Under the pieces are notes generated by a model. It did no database searches. It was given only the letters and a program-made list of their open reading frames with translations, and was not told the DNA's origin. 64,000 nt of DNA from positions 960,001 through 1,024,000 of the forward strand of contig JAXGZN010000002.1 of the NCBI GenBank assembly GCA_040776945.1, in the 5' to 3' direction. Each line of letters starts with the position of its first letter. Position 1 is the first letter of the stretch. Below, piece by piece: positions 9,570 through 18,567 of the stretch. The stretch is from Methanomassiliicoccaceae archaeon. GTDB lineage: Archaea > Thermoplasmatota > Thermoplasmata > Methanomassiliicoccales > Methanomassiliicoccaceae. The position numbers were made by a program, and so were the translations under genes.

Positions 9570-10439
9570 TCAGCCGATGGAGATCAAGGTGACGATGAAG
9601 GTCAGCTCCACGCCCAATATCTGATTGTTGCGGTCGATGATTGCGGTCCCCGCGGTCTCGTCCACGCTCTTCACGTAGAACTTGGTCCTTGCCTCGTCGA
9701 TGCCCTTCACGGACATCGCGCTGGAAGCGTTCAGGTGGTGGCGCAGTACTATGTTCTCCCCGCTGGCGTCATACTCGGCGGTGACGTTCCACCCGTAGCT
9801 CGGATCGCTCGGCGAGCCGAAGGCGTGATAGACGGAGCCGTTGACCGGCTGGTTCTGCACCATGACCTTCGAGCTGTCCACCAGGCCGGTGTACACCGTC
9901 CAACCGTAGTTGGGATCGGTGTACAGGGTGAACTGCGATGGCGCAACGCCGAAATAGCTCCGAAACTCGTCCACGCCCATCTGTTTGTTCGCCGGGATGG
10001 TCTCGGTGAGGTTCATGGCAGTGATCTTGGACTCGTTGGCCTGACCGTAGGCCTGCTCGACCGGAATGACCAGTGTCTTCGTCTCCCCGACCTTCATGCC
10101 CAGAACCCCCTTTTCGAAGCCGGGGATCATCTGCCCCTTGCCCACGGTGAAGTTGAGGGTGCCATAGGTGCTCTCGTCCCCTCGGAAGTTGAAGAACAGG
10201 GACTTCGGATAGGTAGCGTTGTCCACGGCCACCGCATAGAGTGAGGTATCGAAAACCTGGCCGTTCGGCAGCTTACCGATGTAGTCCACTCTCACCATGT
10301 CCCCTGAGGCGACGGTCCTGCCGTCGGTCAAGAACGCGTAAGCCCCGATGGACAAGGCGGCCACAATGACCACGGCGATGATTGCCGCCAGCGTTCCCTT
10401 CCGCCGCAACCGACCGGTTTTCGATGTTTTGGAGCCCAT
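9570..10439 (-). CDS. Membrane-anchored FKBP-type peptidyl-prolyl isomerase with large insertion
   Basis: GDMVRVDYIGKL..GQVFDTS, MIPGFEKGVLGMKVGE..IPVEQAYG; N-terminal basic plus hydrophobic segment. Confidence 0.88.
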   Translation of the reverse strand: MGSKTSKTGRLRRKGTLAAIIAVVIVAALSIGAYAFLTDGRTVASGDMVRVDYIGKLPNGQVFDTSLYAVAVDNATYPKSLFFNFRGDESTYGTLNFTVGKGQMIPGFEKGVLGMKVGETKTLVIPVEQAYGQANESKITAMNLTETIPANKQMGVDEFRSYFGVAPSQFTLYTDPNYGWTVYTGLVDSSKVMVQNQPVNGSVYHAFGSPSDPSYGWNVTAEYDASGENIVLRHHLNASSAMSVKGIDEARTKFYVKSVDETAGTAIIDRNNQILGVELTFIVTLISIG

Positions 10440-10572
10440 TGCAAAAGACCGGCCTATGATTCTGGAAGGGTCATTTAATGGTTGTGGGCAGGCACCGCTC
10501 TCGCGGGACAATGCTGGCATGATGGGCCCCATCTGAGAACCCTAAAATACGGGTCAGGTGTTACGACAGCCG

Positions 10573-12282
10573 ATGAAGACCCTTTATGTTCACTCTGACT
10601 ACCTGGAGTACGCCGTAAAGAAGCGGACGCCCGTGGCAGATCAGATCACCGAGGAAGAGAAGCAGGGCCGCTGGGAAGAGGTCCTTATCGATTTTATCAG
10701 CGTTGAGAAGCAGGACGAGGAGGATATCGAGGGCATGGCCAAGAGGGCCGCGGACGACGTTCTAGAGGTGGCCAAGAAGGTCGGGGCCAAGAGCATCGTC
10801 CTCTATCCCTACGCTCACCTGTCGTCCTCGCTAAGCTCCCCCGACGCGGGCAGGAAGATGCTCAGGACCATGGAGGATATCCTGCGGAAGGAAGGCGCCG
10901 AGGTCCATCGTGTTCCCTTCGGCTGGTACAAAGCGTTTAAGATGAGCTGCAAGGGGCATCCCCTCTCGGAGCTGTCCCGCGAGATCCGGGTGACCGAAAA
11001 GAAGCGGGTCGAGGTCGAGGACTTCGATCCCGCGGCGCTCCTTAAGCAGGTGTCCAAGTCCAAGCTAAGCAAGGGCGACCTCAAGGAGAACGACCACCGC
11101 ATCATCGGACAGAGGCTCGACCTCTTCAGCTTCTATGACGTCGCCCCGGGGATGGTGTTCTGGCACCCCAAGGGGATGGCCATCAGGAACGCGCTGATCG
11201 AGCTCTCGAGGGAGGAGCACCGCAAGGCAGGATACAGGGAGATACGCACGCCCCAGGTGATGAGCGATATCCTATGGAAGGTTTCCGGGCACTGGGGGCA
11301 CTACAAGGACAACATCTTCCTGACGAACTACGACGACAGGCAGTTCGCGGTCAAGCCCATGAACTGTCCCGGCGGCATACTGGTGTTCAAGGGCCGGGAG
11401 AGGAGCTACCGCGAGCTTCCGTTGAGGATGCTGGAGTTCGGCGACGTGCACCGCGTCGAGCTTTCCGGGGTGCTCTCCGGACTGTTCAGGGTGATCCAGT
11501 TCACCCAGGACGACGCGCACATCTACTGCACCGAGGGGTCGCTGGAATCGGAGATCGTGGGCGTGATGGCCCTGGTCGACCGCTTCTACAAGCTCTTCGG
11601 CTTCGAATACCGCATGGAGCTGTCCACCCGGCCGGAGAGCTTCATGGGCGATCCCGCGCTGTGGGACCGGGCGGAAGCGGCGCTGCGCAAGGCGCTCGAA
11701 GACCGCGGCGTCAAGTACGAGGTCAATGCCGGCGACGGCGCGTTCTACGGTCCGAAGATCGACTTCAAGATCAAGGACTCCCTGGGACGGGAGTGGCAGA
11801 CCGCTACCATCCAGCTCGACTTCCAGATGCCGGAAAGATTCCAGCTGGAATACGCCGGGGACGATGGCAGGATGCATCGGCCGATAATGCTCCACCGCAC
11901 CGTGTACGGCTCCCTGGAGAGGTTCATGGGCATCCTCCTGGAGCACCTCAACGGTAACCTGCCGGTTTGGCTGGCCCCGGTTCAGCTCAGGATCATTTCG
12001 TTCAAGGACAGCAACAACCAGGCGGCCGAGGCGGTGCACAAGAGGTTCTTCGATCTAGGATACCGCGTGGAACTGGACCTGAGCTATGGAACTGTGGAAG
12101 GCAAGATAAGGGACGCAGAGCTGCAGAAGATCCCGTACATCATCGTGATCGGGGACAAGGAGGAGCAGAGCAACACCCTTGCCGTCCGGCGGCACGGGAC
12201 CAAGGCACCGAGGTACGGTGTCAAGTTCGAGGACTTCGCCAAGCAGCTCGAGGAGGAGTCGGACCCTCATCGCGCGATATGA
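10573..12282 (+). CDS. thrS: Threonine--tRNA ligase
   Basis: Archaeal editing domain (YPYAHLS, PFGWYKAF..CKGHPLSELSR), KPMNCPG, FTQDDAH, GAFYGPKID, anticodon-binding domain. Confidence 0.97.
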   Translation: MKTLYVHSDYLEYAVKKRTPVADQITEEEKQGRWEEVLIDFISVEKQDEEDIEGMAKRAADDVLEVAKKVGAKSIVLYPYAHLSSSLSSPDAGRKMLRTMEDILRKEGAEVHRVPFGWYKAFKMSCKGHPLSELSREIRVTEKKRVEVEDFDPAALLKQVSKSKLSKGDLKENDHRIIGQRLDLFSFYDVAPGMVFWHPKGMAIRNALIELSREEHRKAGYREIRTPQVMSDILWKVSGHWGHYKDNIFLTNYDDRQFAVKPMNCPGGILVFKGRERSYRELPLRMLEFGDVHRVELSGVLSGLFRVIQFTQDDAHIYCTEGSLESEIVGVMALVDRFYKLFGFEYRMELSTRPESFMGDPALWDRAEAALRKALEDRGVKYEVNAGDGAFYGPKIDFKIKDSLGREWQTATIQLDFQMPERFQLEYAGDDGRMHRPIMLHRTVYGSLERFMGILLEHLNGNLPVWLAPVQLRIISFKDSNNQAAEAVHKRFFDLGYRVELDLSYGTVEGKIRDAELQKIPYIIVIGDKEEQSNTLAVRRHGTKAPRYGVKFEDFAKQLEEESDPHRAI

Positions 12283-12369
12283 GCGACGCCTTCCTCCAAT
12301 GGCCAGGGCACAGAACGCATTCATTAGAGCGAGGAAGGCATTTCCCCAGCGTAGGTCCAAGCGGTCCTA

Positions 12370-12740
12370 AACGTTCCAGCAAGGCCTATCTTCGTCGCTA
12401 AGGCCATCTTGAGGTGTTCGGCTTCGGCATGTCGAGTAAGAATCCCTGTCCCCAGGGATGCATATCAGGTCTCCGAGGAGCCTCTCCGCGGCCTCTGGGT
12501 CTTCGGTGGACCGGGGCGGACGATGAGAAAACTGGCCAAGCGGCGGCCTCTGAGCAGTTGTCCAGGGGCCCCGTTGCTGGCATCTATTCGTCGACCTTGC
12601 CGATAAGGGGCCTCGTGGGACCTGCCCTGAGGAACGGCACCGCATCACCGATGCCGGGGTTCCAGCCCTCTCACGCCGCCCGGTCTGCGCAGGGCCGACC
12701 TCTTCCCTCCGCTTGTTCCTGATGCAAATGACCTCATGGC
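12370..12740 (-). pseudogene. Degraded GNAT (YitH-like) N-acetyltransferase remnant
   Basis: Collinear fragments in shifting frames: IRNKRREEV, EGWNPGIGDAVPF, FLIVRP, EDPEAAERLLGDL, FLLDMPKPN; internal stop and deletion. Confidence 0.65.
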
Positions 12741-12825
12741 AGGGCATGGGCCGAGCATGCTGTCCGAGGAACGAACGATGCCATGGCGGCCATCGGCATC
12801 CAATGTTGGAGGGAAAGGAAGAGGA

Positions 12826-13941
12826 TCAGCCGGACTGACGGACCAGTTCGGCGATGGCGTTCCCGGCCTGGACGGTGTTCAGCGTTCCGCCCATGTCGGC
12901 GGTAACCTTCTTCTGTTTCATGGCCATCTTGACAGCCCACTCTATCATGTTCCCCAGGTCCTGCCGGCCGAGCTGGTCGATCATCAGCTTCCCGGCAAGG
13001 ATGGCGGCGATGGGATTGGCCTTCCCCTGCCCGGCGATGTCCGGAGCGGAGCCGTGAACCGGCTCGAACATCGACACGCCGCCGGGCGAGATGTTCCCGG
13101 ACGCCGCCACCCCGAGGCCGCCCATGATCTCCGCCCCGATGTCGGTGAGGATGTCCCCGAACATGTTGGGGCAGGCGACCACCCCGAAGCGCTCCGGAGC
13201 GCGCACGAGGGCCATGGCCATGGCGTCCACGAACATGTACTCCACCGGGATTCCGTGCTGCTTGGACCTGCGGTCGAACACGTCCCGCCACAGTCCGTAA
13301 AGCTCGGTGCACACATTGGCCTTGTCCACCGCGGTGACCTTCGGCCTGTTGAGCCGCTTCGCGGTCTCGAAGCAGTAGTCGGCGAACCTCTCGATGCCCC
13401 GGCGGGACATCATGCCGATCTCGAACGCGAACTCCTGTTCCGAACTGGCCTTCGACCGAAGCTCCAGATCGACGGTGTACAGCTCGCGCTTCAGCGACAT
13501 CCTCGCCTCCGCGTCGAGCCCCTTCAGCACCCCTCCGGCGCCCATGTAAAGGTCCTCGGTGTTCTCCCTTAGGAACAGGATGTCGAAGTTCTTCTCTCCC
13601 TTGAGAGGAGTGTACGGATGCCAGGCCTTGGACGGTCGAACGTTCACGTACTGGTCGAAGGTCGTGCGCATCTTGATCAAGATGCCCTTCTCCAGCACTC
13701 CCGGCGCCACCCGGGGGTCGCCGATGGCGCCGAAGTACACCGCCTGGTGCTTGCGCATGAAGGCGATGTCCTCGTCCGTCAACAGCTCGCCGGTCCGGAG
13801 GTAGCGGTCGGAGCCCAGGTCCATATGCTCCAGCTGCAGGGTGACGCCCTCGGCGTCAGCCGCCGCCTGCAGGACCTTGACGCCCTCGGCGATCACCTCC
13901 TTGCCGATGCCGTCCCCCGGGGCCACGGCTATCTTGTACAT
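12826..13941 (-). CDS. leuB: 3-isopropylmalate dehydrogenase (isocitrate/isopropylmalate DH family)
   Basis: APGDGIGKEV, RENTEDLY, PNMFGDILTD, EPVHGSAPDIAG; last gene of the leu cluster. Confidence 0.88.
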   Translation of the reverse strand: MYKIAVAPGDGIGKEVIAEGVKVLQAAADAEGVTLQLEHMDLGSDRYLRTGELLTDEDIAFMRKHQAVYFGAIGDPRVAPGVLEKGILIKMRTTFDQYVNVRPSKAWHPYTPLKGEKNFDILFLRENTEDLYMGAGGVLKGLDAEARMSLKRELYTVDLELRSKASSEQEFAFEIGMMSRRGIERFADYCFETAKRLNRPKVTAVDKANVCTELYGLWRDVFDRRSKQHGIPVEYMFVDAMAMALVRAPERFGVVACPNMFGDILTDIGAEIMGGLGVAASGNISPGGVSMFEPVHGSAPDIAGQGKANPIAAILAGKLMIDQLGRQDLGNMIEWAVKMAMKQKKVTADMGGTLNTVQAGNAIAELVRQSG

Positions 13942-14423
13942 CGCTTGGCCTCCTTGATCCGAGCCATAAGGCCGCCCGAGGCGATCAGCTCCTTGACATA
14001 CTGGGGGTACTCGGGGAACGTCCATTCCTTCCCTCTGGTCTCGTTGCGCACCTTGCCACTGTCTATGTCCACCGATATCACGTCCCCCTCCTCGGCCTCG
14101 ATGCTGCACTCCACCAGTGCCAGGCCGATGTTGATGGAGTTGCGGTAGAATATCCGGGCGAAGCTCTCAGCGATGACCACGTCCACCCCGGCCTGCTTGA
14201 TGGAGCGGGGGGCGTGCTCCCTCGAGGAGCCGCAGCCGAAGTTCTTGCCCGCGACGATGATGTCCCCTTTCTTCACCGACTCGGTCAGGTCCGGGCGGAC
14301 CCTCTCGAAGAGGAAGTCCCCCAGGCAGTTGTTGTTCTGGCTAATCAATCGGTCGGCCGGGATTATCTGGTCAGTGTCCACGTGATCGCCGAACCTCCAC
14401 GCCTTTCCCTTGAACTTTTCCAT
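13929..14423 (-). CDS. leuD: 3-isopropylmalate dehydratase small subunit
   Basis: GDHVDTDQIIP, NFGCGSSREHA, SFARIFYRN. Confidence 0.9.
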   Translation of the reverse strand: MEKFKGKAWRFGDHVDTDQIIPADRLISQNNNCLGDFLFERVRPDLTESVKKGDIIVAGKNFGCGSSREHAPRSIKQAGVDVVIAESFARIFYRNSINIGLALVECSIEAEEGDVISVDIDSGKVRNETRGKEWTFPEYPQYVKELIASGGLMARIKEAKRCTR

Positions 14424-14432
14424 GTGACCACC

Positions 14433-15686
14433 TCACTCCGGCGCCGTGATCCGCCCGGCGATCGCGCTCGCCGCCACCACCGCCGGTCCGGCGAGATATA
14501 CGAACGAGTCCTTGTGCCCCATGCGGCCGATGAAGTTGCGGTTGGTCGAGGACACACATCTCTCACCCTTCGCCAACACCCCCATGTGCCCGCCCAGGCA
14601 GGCAGCGCAGGTTGGTCCGGAGACGAACGCCCCGGCCTTGACAAACTCGGCCAGCAGGCCCTCGCTCATCGCCTGCTCGTAGACCTGGGTGGATGCCGGC
14701 ACCACGATCATGCGCACGTCCTTATGCACCTTGCGGCCGCGAAGCACCTTTGCGGCGGCGCGGAGATCCTCGATGCGGCCGTTGGTGCAGGAGCCCAGGA
14801 ACGCCTGGTCGATGGTCACGTCGACCTCGCTGGCGGCCTTGCCGTTGCTCGGCAGGTGGGGGAGCGCCACCATGTAGTCGATGCTCCCGAGGTCGTACTC
14901 CAATTCCTTCCAGTAGGAGGCGTTGGGGTCGGCCGAGACCGGTGTGTACGGCCCGCGCACCCGCCCTCTGAGGAACTCCTCCGTCAGGAGGTCGCACGGG
15001 AATATGCCCGCCTTGCCGCCGGCCTCGATGGCCATGTTGCTGACGGTAAGCCGGTTGGAGACCGGTACTGAAGCGACCCCGGGGCCGGAGAACTCGAACG
15101 CCTTGTAGTTCGCTCCGTCCACGCCGATGTCGGTGATGATCTTGATGATGAGGTCCTTCCCGGAGACCATCCGCTCGAACTTACCTCTCAGCTTGACGTT
15201 GATCGCCTCCGGCACCTTGAACCACAGGCGCCCCTCGGCGAAGCACGCCGCCGCTTCGGTGCTCCCTATGCCGGTGGAGAACGCGTTGATCCCCCCGTAA
15301 GTGCAGGTATGCGAGTCCGCGCCCACGATAAGGCGGCCGGGTGCGGCGAAGCCCTCGTCGACCATGACCTGGTGGCATACCCCTCCGCGGCCGACCTCGA
15401 AGTAGTGCGGGAGAGAGTATCTCTTCACGAACTGCCGCATCTCGGCGGCCTGCTCGGCCGAGGCCACATCCTTGTTCGGCACGAAGTGGTCGGGGATCAG
15501 CACGATCTTGTCCTTGACCGGAGGGCAGCCCAGGGCCTCGAACTCCTGGAAGGCCAGCGGCGCGGTGACGTCGTTGGCCATGACGTAATCGATCTCCGCC
15601 TCGACGATCTGCCCGGCGCGGGCGTCCGTCCCGGAGTGGGCGGACATTATCTTCTCTGAGATGGTCTTCTCACCTGTCATCGTCAT
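14433..15686 (-). CDS. leuC: 3-isopropylmalate dehydratase large subunit
   Basis: DHFVP, GADSHTCT, GSCTNGRIEDL, CAACLG, STNRNF. Confidence 0.9.
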   Translation of the reverse strand: MTMTGEKTISEKIMSAHSGTDARAGQIVEAEIDYVMANDVTAPLAFQEFEALGCPPVKDKIVLIPDHFVPNKDVASAEQAAEMRQFVKRYSLPHYFEVGRGGVCHQVMVDEGFAAPGRLIVGADSHTCTYGGINAFSTGIGSTEAAACFAEGRLWFKVPEAINVKLRGKFERMVSGKDLIIKIITDIGVDGANYKAFEFSGPGVASVPVSNRLTVSNMAIEAGGKAGIFPCDLLTEEFLRGRVRGPYTPVSADPNASYWKELEYDLGSIDYMVALPHLPSNGKAASEVDVTIDQAFLGSCTNGRIEDLRAAAKVLRGRKVHKDVRMIVVPASTQVYEQAMSEGLLAEFVKAGAFVSGPTCAACLGGHMGVLAKGERCVSSTNRNFIGRMGHKDSFVYLAGPAVVAASAIAGRITAPE

Positions 15687-17281
15687 TGCTCCTTCTTGCG
15701 GCAGTAAAGGCGGTCCAGCGCCTCCATGGTGGCGTCCACGCTCGTCTGCACGATATCGCTTCCGAGCGCCTTTCCGATCGACATCATCTTCCTGCCGCCG
15801 CTCCTGGCCACCCTGACGGAGACCTCGCACAGGGAATCGCTCCCGCCGGTGATGGCGCTGAGGCGATACTCCTCCAGGGATATGTCACTACCCATGACCG
15901 ACTTGATGGCGTTGATGGCCGCATCCACCGGCCCGATGCCGGTCGAGGTCCCGGTCTTCTTCTCCCCGTTCACCTCGATGGAGACGACCGCGGTAGGCGT
16001 GGTGTTGATGCCGGTGAACACCGCGAACTCCTTTAGGCGGACGTTCCTCGCCTCCTGCTGGCCGACGATGTGCGAGGCGAGCGCCACCAGCTCCGCGTCG
16101 TCCACGTCCTTGCCGCTGTCGGCCAGCTTCTTGACCTTTTCGACTATCTGGGCGACCTGCTCGTCCGAGAGGTCGATCCCGTACTCGCCGAGCTTCTCCT
16201 TTACCGAGTGCGCCCCGGTATGCTTGCCGATGACGATGTTTCTCTGCACCCCCACCAGCTCTGGACCGAAGGCCTCGTAGGTTGAGGGGTCTCCGAGCAC
16301 CCCGTGGACGTGGATGCCCGACTCGTGAGCGAAGGCGTTGTTGCCTATGATGGCCTTGTTCGGCGGTATCGGGTATCCGGTGATCCGACTGACCAGCTTG
16401 GAGGTCGGTCCGATCTTGCGGGTGTCCACCGAGGTCTCGATGTCGAAGAAGGCCATGAGAGAGAGGACCGCCTCCTCCAGCGCGGCGTTCCCCGCCCTCT
16501 CTCCCAGTCCGTTGACGGTGACGTGAACCTGCTGCGCGCCCTGCCGCACCGCGGCGATGGAGTTCGCCACCGCGAGGCCGAAATCGTCATGGCAGTGGAT
16601 GGATATCGGCACCTTCGTCACGGTCATGAGCTCCTTCACCAGATACTCCATGGCCGGCGGGGATATCGTTCCCACGGTGTCCGGGACGTTGATCTTGTCG
16701 ACCTTGGCGCCCTGCACCGCGATATGCATCTCCTTTAGGAAATCCAGGTCCGTCCGGGTGGCGTCCTCGCACGAGAACTCGACGGTAAGCCCGTGGGCCT
16801 TGGCGTACTCTATCGAATCGATCGCTCTGGCCTTTACCTGCTCGCGGTCCATCTTCAGCTTGTGCTTGAGGTGGATGTCGGAGGTGGCGATGAAGGTGTG
16901 CACGTAATCGAGTCCGCATCCCAGCAGCACGTCGATGTCCTTCCGGCTGCACCTGGCAAGGCCGCATACGCGGGCCCGGGACACCGTCGAGGCGATCTTC
17001 CTAACCGCCTCCTGCTCGCCGGCCGAGGCGGCCGGGAACCCCGCCTCTATGACGTCCACGCCCAGCTCGTCCAGCGCCTGGGCGATGCGCATCTTATCCT
17101 CTATGGAAAGCGCGATGCCGGGGGTCTGCTCTCCATCGCGGAGGGTGGTGTCCAGGACCATTATCCTTGAGGGCGTGGCCTCTGTCCGCGCCATGGCGTT
17201 GAACTGGCTGGTATACACTCTCTTTCGGTCCAGGGTAGGACGGGGATTTCTGGCTTGCTCTGTCGCTTTCAGGTCGACCAT
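15683..17281 (-). CDS. leuA: 2-isopropylmalate synthase (LeuA/CimA family) with C-terminal regulatory domain
   Basis: DTTLRDGEQTPG, HCHDDFG, GERAGNA, AHESGIH, GIGPVDA; CimA not excluded. Confidence 0.82.
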   Translation of the reverse strand: MVDLKATEQARNPRPTLDRKRVYTSQFNAMARTEATPSRIMVLDTTLRDGEQTPGIALSIEDKMRIAQALDELGVDVIEAGFPAASAGEQEAVRKIASTVSRARVCGLARCSRKDIDVLLGCGLDYVHTFIATSDIHLKHKLKMDREQVKARAIDSIEYAKAHGLTVEFSCEDATRTDLDFLKEMHIAVQGAKVDKINVPDTVGTISPPAMEYLVKELMTVTKVPISIHCHDDFGLAVANSIAAVRQGAQQVHVTVNGLGERAGNAALEEAVLSLMAFFDIETSVDTRKIGPTSKLVSRITGYPIPPNKAIIGNNAFAHESGIHVHGVLGDPSTYEAFGPELVGVQRNIVIGKHTGAHSVKEKLGEYGIDLSDEQVAQIVEKVKKLADSGKDVDDAELVALASHIVGQQEARNVRLKEFAVFTGINTTPTAVVSIEVNGEKKTGTSTGIGPVDAAINAIKSVMGSDISLEEYRLSAITGGSDSLCEVSVRVARSGGRKMMSIGKALGSDIVQTSVDATMEALDRLYCRKKEQ

Positions 17282-17417
17282 GGGAATCGCCTCGAGAAGC
17301 CCGGGATAAAGCAATGCGTCTAGCGCTCACGCAAAAACAACGCCGCAGTGGCGGCAGTGACGCAGCTCTCCCGAGGATCGTTCACGGTAAGAGCATAAAA
17401 GAACGGGTGATAATAAA
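17282..17417 (-). promoter_or_regulatory. Putative leuA promoter and leader: TATA box, 21-codon uORF (17385-17320), SD-sequestering nested helices
   Basis: tttattat at 17417-17410 is 24 nt before GTG; uORF MNDPRESCVTAATAALFLRER*; 17376-17365 pairs with 17300-17290, which holds GAGG. Confidence 0.5.
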
Positions 17418-17892
17418 TCCTTCCTTGGTTCTGAGAACGCCCCTGATCCATATGAGCGGTGACCGAGTTGATGGTCGCGTATGATGGCTCGAAGTACAGA
17501 GCGATGATGCAGTCTCCGCTGTCGAACGGCCCGGCGACCGATATGTTATCGCCGCTCTCCACCAGGCCGTCGTGGTCCCTGTCGACACGAGCGACCGTGA
17601 ACTCCCTGCCGTCCTCGAGGGCCAAGGTTGCGCCGCTTCATGTCAGGACCGCGTGAGCCCAGGAGTTCGTCCCGCTAACGGAGAGATATGCGGATACTGC
17701 GGAAGAGTCGGTGGGGTTGGAGATGTACAACGTGAGGTTCACGACGCCCTCCTTGCTTGTATCGACCGATCCAAAACTTGCTGCCGGCGCACATGACGGC
17801 GTCACTCCACGCGTCATAACTAGGAGAACGAGAACGGCGATCACGCCTATGGCCGCGATCGATGTCCCGACGATCGACCGCCGTGTCCTCAT
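17320..17892 (-). pseudogene. Secreted/surface protein interrupted by an in-frame TGA at 17640-17638
   Basis: ORFs 17638..17919 and 17320..17625 share one frame; N-terminal TM segment; DRDHDGLVESGDNISV motif. Confidence 0.6.
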
Positions 17893-17937
17893 CGGCGTGA
17901 TATCGCCGTCGAAATGCAAATCAAAAGAGCTTGGAGC

Positions 17938-18567
17938 TCATTTCCCGCGCGCGTCGCCCCAGATCATTTTGTGCAGCTGAGGCATGACCCGCACCATCAG
18001 GCGGTCCGCCAGCACCCACTCCGCGAGGGGCTTGAGCACCGTGCCGCCCACCGGGGTGAATATCACCGGGGCGTTGATCTCGTGCTCCCTGAGCACCTTG
18101 CGGGAGAACAGGTAATCAACACGGTCGGCGATGACGAACTTGACCTGGTCCCGGGGAGCGAGGAACTCGAGATTTTCCATTAGGTTCCTGTCGGACATCC
18201 CGGAGCTGGGGCACTTGACGTCCATGGAGATCATGACCTCCTCGGAGTCGGGGATCGACTCGAGAGGCATCGAGCCGTTGGTCTCCACGGTCACGTGGTA
18301 CTCGTTGTCCACGAGAAGCGAGATGAGGCGATGGATGTCCTCCTGCAGCAGGGGCTCCCCGCCGGTGACGCCGACGAATGGCACGCCCTCCCTCTCTACC
18401 CGATCGAAGATCTGGTCGATCGTCATCTCCGTGCCGCCCTGCCTAGCGTACCTCGTGTCGCACCACGCGCAGTCCAGGTTGCATCCCACCGTTCGCACGA
18501 AGGTGGTGGGAGTCCCCATGAGCACTCCTTCGCCCTGGAGCGAGCAGAATATCTCGCTTATCCTCAT
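17938..18567 (-). CDS. queE: 7-carboxy-7-deazaguanine synthase (radical SAM)
   Basis: EIFCSLQGEG, GCNLDCAWCDT, TGGEPL, QLHKMIW. Confidence 0.95.
   Translation of the reverse strand: MRISEIFCSLQGEGVLMGTPTTFVRTVGCNLDCAWCDTRYARQGGTEMTIDQIFDRVEREGVPFVGVTGGEPLLQEDIHRLISLLVDNEYHVTVETNGSMPLESIPDSEEVMISMDVKCPSSGMSDRNLMENLEFLAPRDQVKFVIADRVDYLFSRKVLREHEINAPVIFTPVGGTVLKPLAEWVLADRLMVRVMPQLHKMIWGDARGK

Noticed and set aside
16553-16568. ggcgatggagttcgcc matches the 5' half of the fluoride riboswitch
   Set aside because: It is antisense within leuA (encoding VANSIA), lacks the 3' GCUxAUGAC element and has no downstream + strand gene.
12826-17281. Reading the cluster as coenzyme B (aksADEF) biosynthesis genes
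   Set aside because: The synthase keeps the C-terminal LeuA/CimA regulatory domain and the four-gene layout fits leucine/isoleucine synthesis; not fully excluded without phylogeny.
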